A stretch of DNA of 16,968 bases, from the NCBI GenBank assembly GCA_964619725.1, contig CAZUFC010000161.1, positions 1-16,968 of the forward strand. Direction: 5' to 3'. A program made the position numbers and the translations under genes. The DNA comes from an uncultured bacterium. GTDB taxonomy: Bacteria; CSSED10-310; CAZUFC01. Shown in pieces: positions 1-8,284 of the stretch (positions are counted from its first letter, which is position 1; the number at the start of each line of letters is the position of its first letter). The notes under the pieces were generated by a model, which ran no database searches, was not told the origin of the DNA, and worked only from the letters and a program-made list of their open reading frames with translations.

Positions 1-75
1 TTATGCCGATTTGCAATGCAAGAAAATCACACTTTTTCAATAGATTGTGACATTCATGTCAGGAGTTCAGAATTT

Positions 76-98
76 GTAAACCATGTTTGATCAGTCCC
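76..98 (+). repeat. Right end (TIR) of the same MITE family; upstream body not homologous to the short copies
   Basis: GTAAACCATGTTTGATCAGTCCC contains the perfect 13-bp TIR (86-98) and resembles GTAACCACGGTTTGATCAGTCCC of copy E. Confidence 0.7.
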
Positions 99-337
99 AA
101 CCCATCTGAGTTGAGATGAAGCGCTAAACAGTCTAAATTACCCGGCCAGTTTCTTTCTCGCTTTTTGTATCCGGTTAGGGGAGAATAATGACGCCATAAT
201 CGAAAGATTCCAAGCTTTATCCCTATACCGGTATCGAATATCAAAGTTTCATCCGCCTGACGCTGGAAATGTCCCTCAAGTCCTTTTTACAATATATGGC
301 CTTTCCGCCCTGTCCGAACGAAAAAATGAAAAGTCTC

Positions 338-392
338 GGAAATGATCAAACTGCTGAATCATAACCTCAAAATTCCTGTTTCGAGCGATGCC
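338..392 (-). repeat. Degenerate MITE-family remnant
   Basis: TAACCTCAAAA...TTTCGAGCGATGCC aligns with the left end of copy B (TAACCTCAAAA...TTTTGATCAATGCC). GGAAATGATCAAA at 338-350 matches the TIR at 11/13. Confidence 0.45.
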
Positions 393-715
393 TAATTTCA
401 AACATTCCTGCATTTTTATTCAAAAAAAGTTCGCCTTTCTTTTTCTTGAAATCAGCGGTGAAATTTTACAGAATTATATTTGGAAATTATCGATTATTCG
501 ATAAAATCCAAAGGAGATATGCCCATCGGTTCAATTCAAGTATACTTTTACGGTAAGGAAGCGCCGCCGAAAAGCTTCAAAATTCGGCCCAGGCAATATG
601 AACCACGGCATACTGAAAGAACACAATGATTTTCTTCACGGCAAGAGAATCGTCCTGCGGCGGCTGGAAGCAGCGTAAAGAATTCTGCCATGATGTAAGT
701 TAAGAGGTTCACCCG

Positions 716-3025
716 GTGAAAGCACGCATTTACCCGACCATAATGATTATGGGATTCAGCGGACTGGTTGCCGAGATACTTGTCCTCAGGGAACTTATGA
801 TCGTTTTTTCAGGGAACGAGTTCTCTATAGGCATTATTCTGGCCAACTGGCTCATTCTTGAAGCCTTCGGAAGCTTCTGCCTCGGCAGGAAGGCAGAGAA
901 ACCCCGAAACAGGCTTGAGATATTTGCGGTCATCACTATACTTTTTTCCCTGTCTTTACCCCTTGCAGTTCTTATGACGCGCATTCTGAAAAGAGTCATC
1001 GGCGTTTCCATCGGCGAAGGCATTGGATTTCTGCCCATGTTCTATACTTCATTTCTCATACTTTTGCCGGTGAGTGTGCTTCACGGAGCATTATTTACTT
1101 TCAGTTGCAGAATATTTTCCATGTTTTCCAGCGAGGACGAAACCTCGGCAGGCAGGGTATATGTGTATGAAACGGCGGGTACGATAGTCGGCGGAATTGT
1201 GTGCACCTGGTTCCTGATTCCCTATCTGAATACTTTTCAGGCATCCTTGTGGCTCGCCGTATTGAACTTTGCGGTATGCTTCGTTTTGCTGGCCCCTTAC
1301 TGGAAAACCGGAATGTTTCAAAGAGCAATGATGGTTTCCTTGAGCGCACTTATTTTATTTGCCGGTTATTTGTTTCTCGGCGGGTATGCGCACAGGCTGC
1401 ATGAATACTCAATTAAAGCGCAATGGAAGAACCAGAACGTCGTTCATTACCAGAACTCCCAATACGGCAATATCTGCGTCCTGGAAAACCAGGGTCAATA
1501 CATATTCTTTCTGGATGGAATTGCAAGCATCATTACGCCGATTCCGGATATACCTTTTGTTGAAGAATACGTCCATCTCCCGCTTCTTGCCCACCCGGAA
1601 CCCGCAAGACTCCTGATTTTGAGCGGCGGAGCAGGCGGCGTTATTTCTGAAGCGTTGAAACACCCGTCGATAGGCACAATCGAATATTCAGAACTTGATC
1701 CGCTGCTTCTGGACCTGTTGAGAAAATTCTCCACGCCGCTTTCCGAATCTGAGTTGAATGATGGAAGAGTAAAGATAAGAAATATTGACGGCCGACTGCT
1801 GCTAAAAACTACGCCCAACAAATACGATGCGATACTGGTAGGTATTCGGGAGCCGTCCAATCTACAGGCGAACAGGTTCTTCACTAAGGAGTTCTTCGCC
1901 CTGGCGAGAGAGAAACTGAATGACGACGGCATACTGACGCTGGCGCTGCCCGGTTCCCTGACCTACTCGAATGAAGAATTGAAGAACCTGAACAGTTGTA
2001 TTTTCAACACGCTGAAAAGAGTCTTTTCTCATATTAGAGTAATCCCCGGCGAAGGCAATAATCTTTTTCTCGCATCGGACTCCAGGGAAATATCAGAGAT
2101 AGACAGAGAACAGGTTATAGATAGACTGAATCATCGGAACCTTGAAACAGAAGTCGTCATTCCCTGGCGTATCGAGAATAAATTGCATCGAGGATGGCGG
2201 GACTGGTTTTCACGTTTTATTGAAGGAAGCAGTCAGAAGATCAATTCTGATTTCAAACCCATGGGACTGTTCTACAGCATCTCTCACTGGAATTCATTGT
2301 TTGCTGTTTCACTTCGCGGGCTTTTCAAACTGCTTGAAAAGATAGACTTGAAGATCATTGCCGTTCCGCTTGCTGTTCTGCTGTTCCTCCATTTCTTCCT
2401 GCGACCGAAAAAAAAACGATTATTCGGGACAGGCATACCCCTGTCAATCATCACGACAGGCTTTGCCGGAATGATATTCGACCTTATGTTGATTTTCGCA
2501 TTTCAGGCGATCTATGGATACGTATTCTCATGGATCGGACTTCTTGTGGCATTCTTCATGGCAGGGGCGGCTTGCGGGGCAATATTGACGACAAGGGTTG
2601 CAGCACGGACGAGAGACTGTCTCAGGTTATATAAAAGAATTGAACTGGCAATTGTCGTCTGGTCTTTTGGATGGCCGCTCATATTTCTCGCCGTCCATTC
2701 CTCGCCAGGCTCTCCAAGAGCATTTTTTCTTTCCAAGATGCTGTTTTTGATCATCTCCCTCATTTGCGGCCTTCTGGTGGGCGCTCAGTTCCCTCCGGCA
2801 AACAAGATATACCTGGAGAACCGCGCCGGCGTGAGCAGGACGGCCGGATTGCTTTACGCTTCGGACCTCCTGGGCGGGTGGTTAGGAGGAATTGCAGGCG
2901 CTGTTGCTCTTCTGCCTGTTCTGGGTTTTATCGGTACCGGCATAACAGTGGGAATGCTGAAATTGACAAGCTTCATCATCATGGCCGCCGGACCCGGACG
3001 GTATCCGGCAGGAGGTAAAACATGA
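716..3025 (+). CDS. Fused membrane protein / spermidine-synthase-like (class I SAM-binding fold) protein, 'fused MFS/spermidine synthase' type; probably not an active aminopropyltransferase
   Basis: 769-aa ORF with GTG start. Hydrophobic blocks at both ends (GFSGLVAEIL..., TGFAGMIFDL..., LYASDLLGG) flank a soluble domain with SpeE-like motifs SQYGNI, EEYVHLPLLAHPEP, LILSGGAGG, YSELDP, IDGR, YDAILVG and NRFFTKEFF. Confidence 0.85.
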   Translation: MKARIYPTIMIMGFSGLVAEILVLRELMIVFSGNEFSIGIILANWLILEAFGSFCLGRKAEKPRNRLEIFAVITILFSLSLPLAVLMTRILKRVIGVSIGEGIGFLPMFYTSFLILLPVSVLHGALFTFSCRIFSMFSSEDETSAGRVYVYETAGTIVGGIVCTWFLIPYLNTFQASLWLAVLNFAVCFVLLAPYWKTGMFQRAMMVSLSALILFAGYLFLGGYAHRLHEYSIKAQWKNQNVVHYQNSQYGNICVLENQGQYIFFLDGIASIITPIPDIPFVEEYVHLPLLAHPEPARLLILSGGAGGVISEALKHPSIGTIEYSELDPLLLDLLRKFSTPLSESELNDGRVKIRNIDGRLLLKTTPNKYDAILVGIREPSNLQANRFFTKEFFALAREKLNDDGILTLALPGSLTYSNEELKNLNSCIFNTLKRVFSHIRVIPGEGNNLFLASDSREISEIDREQVIDRLNHRNLETEVVIPWRIENKLHRGWRDWFSRFIEGSSQKINSDFKPMGLFYSISHWNSLFAVSLRGLFKLLEKIDLKIIAVPLAVLLFLHFFLRPKKKRLFGTGIPLSIITTGFAGMIFDLMLIFAFQAIYGYVFSWIGLLVAFFMAGAACGAILTTRVAARTRDCLRLYKRIELAIVVWSFGWPLIFLAVHSSPGSPRAFFLSKMLFLIISLICGLLVGAQFPPANKIYLENRAGVSRTAGLLYASDLLGGWLGGIAGAVALLPVLGFIGTGITVGMLKLTSFIIMAAGPGRYPAGGKT
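3010..3016 (+). promoter_or_regulatory. Shine-Dalgarno for the radical SAM gene; the ATGA start/stop overlap at 3022-3025 indicates translational coupling
   Basis: AGGAGGT lies 5 nt before ATG 3022. The upstream TGA stop (3023-3025) overlaps that ATG. Confidence 0.8.
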
Positions 3026-4122
3026 AAGATTATTTTCTAAAGAAATTTACAAGGAGAGATTTCCTGAAGGACGCGTCCAGACTGATTCTGGCAGCCGGTC
3101 TGCCTTCAATCTTCCTCGGATGCACCGTTAAAGAAGCGTCCGGAAATGAAACAAACGGCGCAGTCGAAAAAAACGGCAAGTCAACCCCAAGTTTTGTGCC
3201 GGCCTATCTGAAGCTTCACAAAACAGGTGAACTAAAAAAGCGGGTAAAGGAGCTCTGGGATATTATGGAAGCCTGCACCCTCTGTCCGAGGCAATGCAAC
3301 GTGAATCGCCTTGAAGGAGAGAAGGGTTTCTGCGGCGCTCCGGGCACAAAACTTTTCGTTTCAGCCTCTCATGCCCATTTCGGCGAAGAACGGCCGCTCG
3401 TTGGAAAAGGCGGTTCGGGAACGATCTTTCTCACTCATTGCAACCTGGGGTGCGTATTCTGTCAGAACTGGCAAATAAGCCGGCTCGGCATGGGCGAAAA
3501 AAACAGCATAGATGAACTGGCCGGCAAGATGCTTAGACTGCAAAAGTTGGGCTGTCACAATATAAATCTCGTAACCCCCACCCATTACTCCGCACATATC
3601 CTTAAGGCGCTTGACAAAGCAGCAGAAAAGGGGCTGCGGCTGCCGGTCGTTTACAACACTTCCGGCTGGGAGCGCCTGGAGATAGTCAAGCTCCTGGATG
3701 GAATAGTTGATGTCTACCTGCCTGATTTCAAATATTGGGACAGCGATATGTCGGATAAATATTCATCCGGAGCGGAAAGTTATCCTGACGCAACAAAACA
3801 GGCAATACTTGAGATGCATCGTCAGGTCGGTACGGCAAGTCCCGCGGAAGACGGCATTATCCGTAGAGGAATGATGATCAGACATCTGGTTATGCCGAAT
3901 AATACGGCAGGGTCCGAAAAGATAATGGAGTGGATTGCGGAAAATCTGCCGAAAGACACTTATGTCAACGTGATGGCGCAGTACAATCCGGCCTATAAAG
4001 CATTCGATTATCCGGATATATCAAGAAGAATTACTACCGCAGAATACAAAAAGGTAGTTAACAGTGCAAAGAAAGCCGGACTCACGAATCTCGACGTCCA
4101 GGCTTATTGGTGGTTGAAATGA
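3022..4122 (+). CDS. PflX-like radical SAM protein (pyruvate formate lyase activating enzyme-related) with an N-terminal twin-arginine lipoprotein-type signal
   Basis: CxxxCxxC motif CNLGCVFC (3439-3462), extra CTLCPRQC...GFC cluster, and motifs HFGEE, GSGTIF, GCHNINLVTPTH, YLPDFKY and IRHLVMP typical of PflX. N-terminus is TRRDFLK + hydrophobic stretch + FLGC. Confidence 0.88.
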   Translation: MKDYFLKKFTRRDFLKDASRLILAAGLPSIFLGCTVKEASGNETNGAVEKNGKSTPSFVPAYLKLHKTGELKKRVKELWDIMEACTLCPRQCNVNRLEGEKGFCGAPGTKLFVSASHAHFGEERPLVGKGGSGTIFLTHCNLGCVFCQNWQISRLGMGEKNSIDELAGKMLRLQKLGCHNINLVTPTHYSAHILKALDKAAEKGLRLPVVYNTSGWERLEIVKLLDGIVDVYLPDFKYWDSDMSDKYSSGAESYPDATKQAILEMHRQVGTASPAEDGIIRRGMMIRHLVMPNNTAGSEKIMEWIAENLPKDTYVNVMAQYNPAYKAFDYPDISRRITTAEYKKVVNSAKKAGLTNLDVQAYWWLK

Positions 4123-4239
4123 CAGACGCAGTTCATCCTCCGCCTTCATCATTACTCGTCTTCTCTGGATAGGCAATTCAGGGAATGATCAGACACAAAA
4201 ACATTAAAAAAGAAATTGAACTGCGGAATGGAGGAGCCC

Positions 4240-5085
4240 ATGTCAGTTGAAAACACACATCTCCTCGCCTACCTGACCTGGGACCGCGTGGCGCCCTGGA
4301 AAGTGATGGCGATGAAAGACCCGAACAAAAGGCTGTTTCCCTTTGCCTATGGATCGAGACAACGTATCTACTTCAAGAGGGCAATGGCAGGCGCCGTGCT
4401 TTGGGTGGCGACAGTCCCGCGTCTCGAAGTGGGAAAGAAGAGTGAGAGTAAAGGAAAGCAGGTGAAGAACTTCATTGCTATGCCGCCGACCCTGGTGGCC
4501 CGTCTAAAGATCAAAGCCTTCCTGTGTGAGCGATACGACTGTTTCAGGCAAGGGACTGGCCAGGAAGCCCGGAATCCCGGTGTCGCTGCTCTGCTGAAGC
4601 AATGGGGAGCGGTGGCGACCGCACGAGAGGAGGGCAGCGTGTTTTACGGGCCCAATGACGCGACGGGTTTCCTGAACAGCCTTGTCTTCCACAGCGCAAA
4701 GAAAGCGACAAGCCTGAAGCCGGATGAGAATCTTACCGAAAGCGAGCGATACATGAGCTATGCCTACAAACTCCAGAGTATTCGCCGCATCAATGTGGCC
4801 GAATCAAGTGGACGCTTTGACCTTGGTTCCTCGAATGTGCTGGGACAACAATCGGAACGGACCGTCTTCCTGAGTTACGTCCATAACGATAGTAGGAATT
4901 ACCCAGCGGAACTGGCGTGCGAACTCCAGAAACAAGGATGGAATCCGTGGTTCGACAGTCTGTCCATGCCCGGATACCGCACGTCAAGCTCCTTGCGAAG
5001 CTCCATCGGGAATAAGGAACGCACTCGAAGACTCGCAGGACTTATTGGCGCACCTTTGCGATTTTTCCCGAAAGTAGAGATATGA
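4240..5085 (+). CDS. Unknown N-terminal domain fused to a TIR domain that is cut short by a TGA; possible pseudogene
   Basis: ATG 4240 follows GGAGGAG (4230-4236) and is a better start than TTG 4216. RTVFLSYVHND...LACELQKQGWNPWFD (from 4858) is a classic TIR betaA-alphaA-betaB start, but only about 75 aa of TIR precede the stop. Confidence 0.65.
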   Translation: MSVENTHLLAYLTWDRVAPWKVMAMKDPNKRLFPFAYGSRQRIYFKRAMAGAVLWVATVPRLEVGKKSESKGKQVKNFIAMPPTLVARLKIKAFLCERYDCFRQGTGQEARNPGVAALLKQWGAVATAREEGSVFYGPNDATGFLNSLVFHSAKKATSLKPDENLTESERYMSYAYKLQSIRRINVAESSGRFDLGSSNVLGQQSERTVFLSYVHNDSRNYPAELACELQKQGWNPWFDSLSMPGYRTSSSLRSSIGNKERTRRLAGLIGAPLRFFPKVEI

Positions 5086-5126
5086 ACGGGCTTATCAACC
5101 GGATACTTTAAGGGTTGCTACGAGAA

Positions 5127-5687
5127 ATGGCAAAACGAGAATCTTGGAATCGGCGGAGTGCGCGTTGGAATCCCTTCTTTGTGTCTCTAGTTTGCGCAGC
5201 ACTCATCGTACTGAACTATCGGCGGGAACGTTGGCTCTATATTTTTCCCCTGGTCGTCTTGGGAAGCCATGCGACATCAGCCTTCGTTTTCTGGATGATT
5301 CGTCTGAGTAAGACCCGCAGTGAAGCATGGCGAAAAGCAGTCATTTCATTCGGGGTCGTATCGCAAGTTTTCGGTTTCGCTGGTCTTGCAAGCCTGGTTG
5401 TAATGCTGATCGACCTGATCATAATGCCCGGCCGGCTATCTGAACGCTTTGGCGAACCTGATGGGAAATTCTGGGTTCTATGGGCCTGGACCGCCATCGA
5501 GATCATTCATGCACATGTGTACAAAATCACCTTCGGTAAGCGCGATACGTTGGAATATGTCTTGAGGGAGCGTTGCTGGGCGGATGCAGCATGGCCGCTG
5601 GGGGGCGCCATCGGCCGGCAAATCAGCAAAGTCCGTCAGCAGCATGCCTCAGGATCGTGCGACACGCATCGCCCAGGAGGGGAATAA
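5127..5687 (+). CDS. Hypothetical integral membrane protein (about 4 TM helices)
   Basis: ORF with hydrophobic segments FFVSLVCAALIVL, LYIFPLVVLG...AFVFWMI, AVISFGVV...LVVMLIDLIIM and FWVLWAWTAIEII. Start could be ATG 5127 or TTG 5115. Confidence 0.6.
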   Translation: MAKRESWNRRSARWNPFFVSLVCAALIVLNYRRERWLYIFPLVVLGSHATSAFVFWMIRLSKTRSEAWRKAVISFGVVSQVFGFAGLASLVVMLIDLIIMPGRLSERFGEPDGKFWVLWAWTAIEIIHAHVYKITFGKRDTLEYVLRERCWADAAWPLGGAIGRQISKVRQQHASGSCDTHRPGGE

Positions 5688-5798
5688 ACCTGCCGGAGCG
5701 ACCGTCCGCAGGTTATTCCCGGAGCGTTCTGAAGAAGGATGCAGAAATGTGCAAGTCGATCCAAAACGCTGCCATATCGAACATCTTCACCGAAATTC

Positions 5799-5947
5799 GG
5801 AATTGATCATAAAAGCGTCTTTTGATGTTACAATTCGAGCGAATCTTCTGTCATTTTGTTTCGATTTCGACCCCGATACCGACCCCGAATACTGTAGCAA
5901 ACTGTCAAAAATTTTGAAAGAAGTATAACTCAGGTTTGATCAGTCCG
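5799..5947 (+). mobile_element. MITE copy A (149 bp, 5 hexamer units) with a perfect 8-bp target-site duplication
   Basis: Ends are GGAATTGATCATA and TTTGATCAGTCCG. CGAAATTC flanks both sides (5791-5798 and 5948-5955). The body is colinear with copies at 10510 and 16696. Confidence 0.85.
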
Positions 5948-5975
5948 CGAAATTCTTATCATCCTTCTCATCGAT

Positions 5976-7868
5976 TCAGGGCATCCAGACCAGTTCAGCC
6001 CACACTGCCCAATGGTCGGAATACATTCTCATATCCTCGATTCTGTACGCGTCGTTTCCCATACACCTGCGTCTTCGAATTCTGCGGCATTCCACCCGGC
6101 GGCCGTCCGCTGTGAACATGGAGCGATCGACCTGTGCATCTCGCACCTGGATTGATGGGGAGACGAGAATAAAGTCGATCATCTGGTTATGATGGTCTCC
6201 CGGGTAATAGGTGTTGACGGTGGTATATTCATGGGGGAGATTCTCGGGGTGAATGCGCCGGTAAGCGTTTTCCATGCCCAGATTCGTGGTGAGATTAACA
6301 AAAAGGGGATTGTATTGATTTTCTTCAGGGCGTCCTGCCTGCTGTCCGAAGTTGAGATCGCCCATAACGATAACAGGGTCCTGTTGCCTGCTTCGATTCG
6401 CTATCATCTCTTCTAAAAGTTGTGCATTACCCCGTTTTTCACAGTCATCCTTTCCCCCGATATGTACGTTGTAAACATAAAAAGACCGGTTGGTCGCCAG
6501 GTCTTGGAAACGTACCCACAGGATAATGCGATCGGAATGATCGCGTGAGCCGGTGGAGATGTAGGTATCTGAGCAGCCGCCCCGTTCCCTTCTTTGCCGG
6601 TGACTGATGGTTTGCCAACCACGCTCCGTTTCTGCCAGGCGGTTTGTCGCATAAAGAATAGCCAGACCTTCGTGCGGGTTCCAGACCGCAGGACCGCCTC
6701 TTTCCCGGGCATAGAATCCATAATGTGAAAGATAATTGTCTTTCATGTCCTGGAGCATGTTTCCCTCAACTTCCTGCATAGCGATAATATCCGGCATGAT
6801 GCCCCGCTCCCGGTCGATGATCATATCCCGAAGCCGCGCCGCCCTTTCACCCCAGGTGTTCGGAGAATCATCCTCGTCCACGCGGATATTCACCGTCATT
6901 ACATGCAGTGGAATCGGATATCCGGGAAGAGCTGTCTGGCGGCAACGTATCTGGTTTTCTTCCTCGGCATCAATATAAAATATGATTAAATTGTTTTCAA
7001 AACTCACAAGCGCAGGACTGAAGGCCGAGTTGATACGGGGCAGACGGCCGTGCAATATCCAGCCTTTTCCGTTATAGGATGCCATCCAGATAGACTTGGA
7101 AGCCCGTCTGCGCCACCGGGAAAAATCGCTCAATCCGTTTCCGGCGTATATGCCGTAATAACGGCGTGGGTTCTTATCTTTAAAGGCCAATACAATCTTA
7201 TTATCATGCGCTGTAAGAGCAGGCCGGCCAGCGCCCTCTGCGCCGTGTAACTCAATCGGTTCGGTCCAGGTCAACCGGTCAGGCCCTTCCGTGCGGTCCA
7301 AATATTGACGGGTCGCTTTGACTTTATCTTCCGGGTCGATGAATACCAGCGCCTGATGCCCGTTCTCTGCAGCTTCCCATCTGGCTAATGCCGGCGCCGT
7401 CCGTGTGGTTGCCCCTGGAATGACGCGATCAGCATCACGGCGATTATGGTAAAAATACCAGATACGATTATCCCGGTCCCTTCCTTTGTGCGCTGCCAGC
7501 GAACCGCTCATAGCCGGTCCTTTCGATGTCTGCACATTGGCTGCATATCCATGACCGCGCCAGCGGCCGCGGCTGTCCATTGATGCGAGCCAGATCAGGG
7601 GATTGTTGTGCCCCTTGAAACTTAAATAAAGACGGTTGTTGAATACGGCTAGTTCTGGACTGCTGTCCGTGCGCATTTGAACAGGTCCCGGTTCCGGTAA
7701 ATTACAGGACAATGGCTGAACATCCCAGCTTGACGGATTAAAAGGATCATCTGACGAAGCAAGGTGTATAAGACCGGTATTTCCGGGTTCCTTGTAAGCC
7801 ACATAAATCCGGTTCCGAAAGACTGCCGCAGCCGGCGCCCTGTCGGATGACGCGTTTGGAATAGTCAT
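5976..7868 (-). CDS. Beta-propeller (lectin-like repeat) plus endonuclease/exonuclease/phosphatase (EEP) domain protein
   Basis: About six N-terminal repeats of the form S-x-PALAVFNNRLYLAFK. C-terminal EEP motifs VMTVNIR, PDIIAMQEV, YNVH, VMGDLN, IDFIL and YSDHWAV are all present. GAAAGGGA lies upstream as a candidate RBS. Confidence 0.85.
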   Translation of the reverse strand: MTIPNASSDRAPAAAVFRNRIYVAYKEPGNTGLIHLASSDDPFNPSSWDVQPLSCNLPEPGPVQMRTDSSPELAVFNNRLYLSFKGHNNPLIWLASMDSRGRWRGHGYAANVQTSKGPAMSGSLAAHKGRDRDNRIWYFYHNRRDADRVIPGATTRTAPALARWEAAENGHQALVFIDPEDKVKATRQYLDRTEGPDRLTWTEPIELHGAEGAGRPALTAHDNKIVLAFKDKNPRRYYGIYAGNGLSDFSRWRRRASKSIWMASYNGKGWILHGRLPRINSAFSPALVSFENNLIIFYIDAEEENQIRCRQTALPGYPIPLHVMTVNIRVDEDDSPNTWGERAARLRDMIIDRERGIMPDIIAMQEVEGNMLQDMKDNYLSHYGFYARERGGPAVWNPHEGLAILYATNRLAETERGWQTISHRQRRERGGCSDTYISTGSRDHSDRIILWVRFQDLATNRSFYVYNVHIGGKDDCEKRGNAQLLEEMIANRSRQQDPVIVMGDLNFGQQAGRPEENQYNPLFVNLTTNLGMENAYRRIHPENLPHEYTTVNTYYPGDHHNQMIDFILVSPSIQVRDAQVDRSMFTADGRRVECRRIRRRRCMGNDAYRIEDMRMYSDHWAVWAELVWMP

Positions 7869-7967
7869 GGAAAATCCCTTTCTGTCAGGATGAAAATCGG
7901 TAGATGGATATTCAATTCCACAGAATTGAAGTCGTTAACATGTGAAAAAGAAATCCTTCCTGCCGCC

Positions 7968-7996
7968 AAATTAAAATGTAGCGCAAGAAAAGTCAA
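7968..7996 (-). promoter_or_regulatory. Candidate sigma70 promoter for the EEP gene
   Basis: Minus strand reads TTGACT-N17-TAATTT, about 100 nt upstream of ATG 7868. Confidence 0.35.
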
Positions 7997-8030
7997 TATT
8001 AGCCTCAAATCGCTGTGTAAAGGCCTATTC

Positions 8031-8145
8031 ATCGGCATCGGTATCGGTATCGGGGTCGGCATCGCAATCGGCATCGAAATCGAAACAAAATGATGAGATA
8101 TTCTTTAGAAATGTAACCTCAAAAGAGGCATTTTTGATCAATGCC
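8031..8145 (-). mobile_element. MITE copy B: left half only (left TIR, body and 9 hexamer units)
   Basis: Minus strand reads GGCATTGATCAAAAATGCCTCTTTTGAGGTTACATTTC...TCATTTTGTTTCGATTTCGATGCCGATTGCGAT..., nearly identical to the start of copy C. Similarity ends after the hexamer tract at 8031-8084. Confidence 0.8.
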
Positions 8146-8284
8146 GAAAAATACATTTTTATAATCTGAGTTTAAAGGCATTTCTTTTTTGCTTGGAATC
8201 AGCTCTGAAATTTTATAAAAGTCGTTTTCAAGAGCCTACTTTTATGGAATCAGAGCCTGTCAGTCGATATTTCTCAAAGATAAT

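Noticed and set aside
519-629. 36-aa ORF after AAGGAG
   Set aside because: The RBS-ATG spacing is only 2 nt and the product has no recognisable features.
560-680. SAM-I riboswitch-like fragments (GGCCC...GAACCACGGCA, TCCTGC...CTGGAAG) upstream of the SAM-related operon
   Set aside because: The core elements (P1 TTATC/GAT pairing, GGAGGGA kink-turn strand, GGTGCYAA) are absent. An Rfam scan would be needed to revive this.
7865-8093. Short ORFs with IGIGIG / PIPIP repeats (also 5584-5928 and 12517-12750)
   Set aside because: They are translations of the MITE hexamer tract, and the reading frames are not conserved between copies.
8195-8262. Short direct repeats GGAATCAG and AGAGCCT downstream of the GLUG-FGE gene
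   Set aside because: Only 7-8 bp, two copies each, and no supporting structure; compatible with chance.
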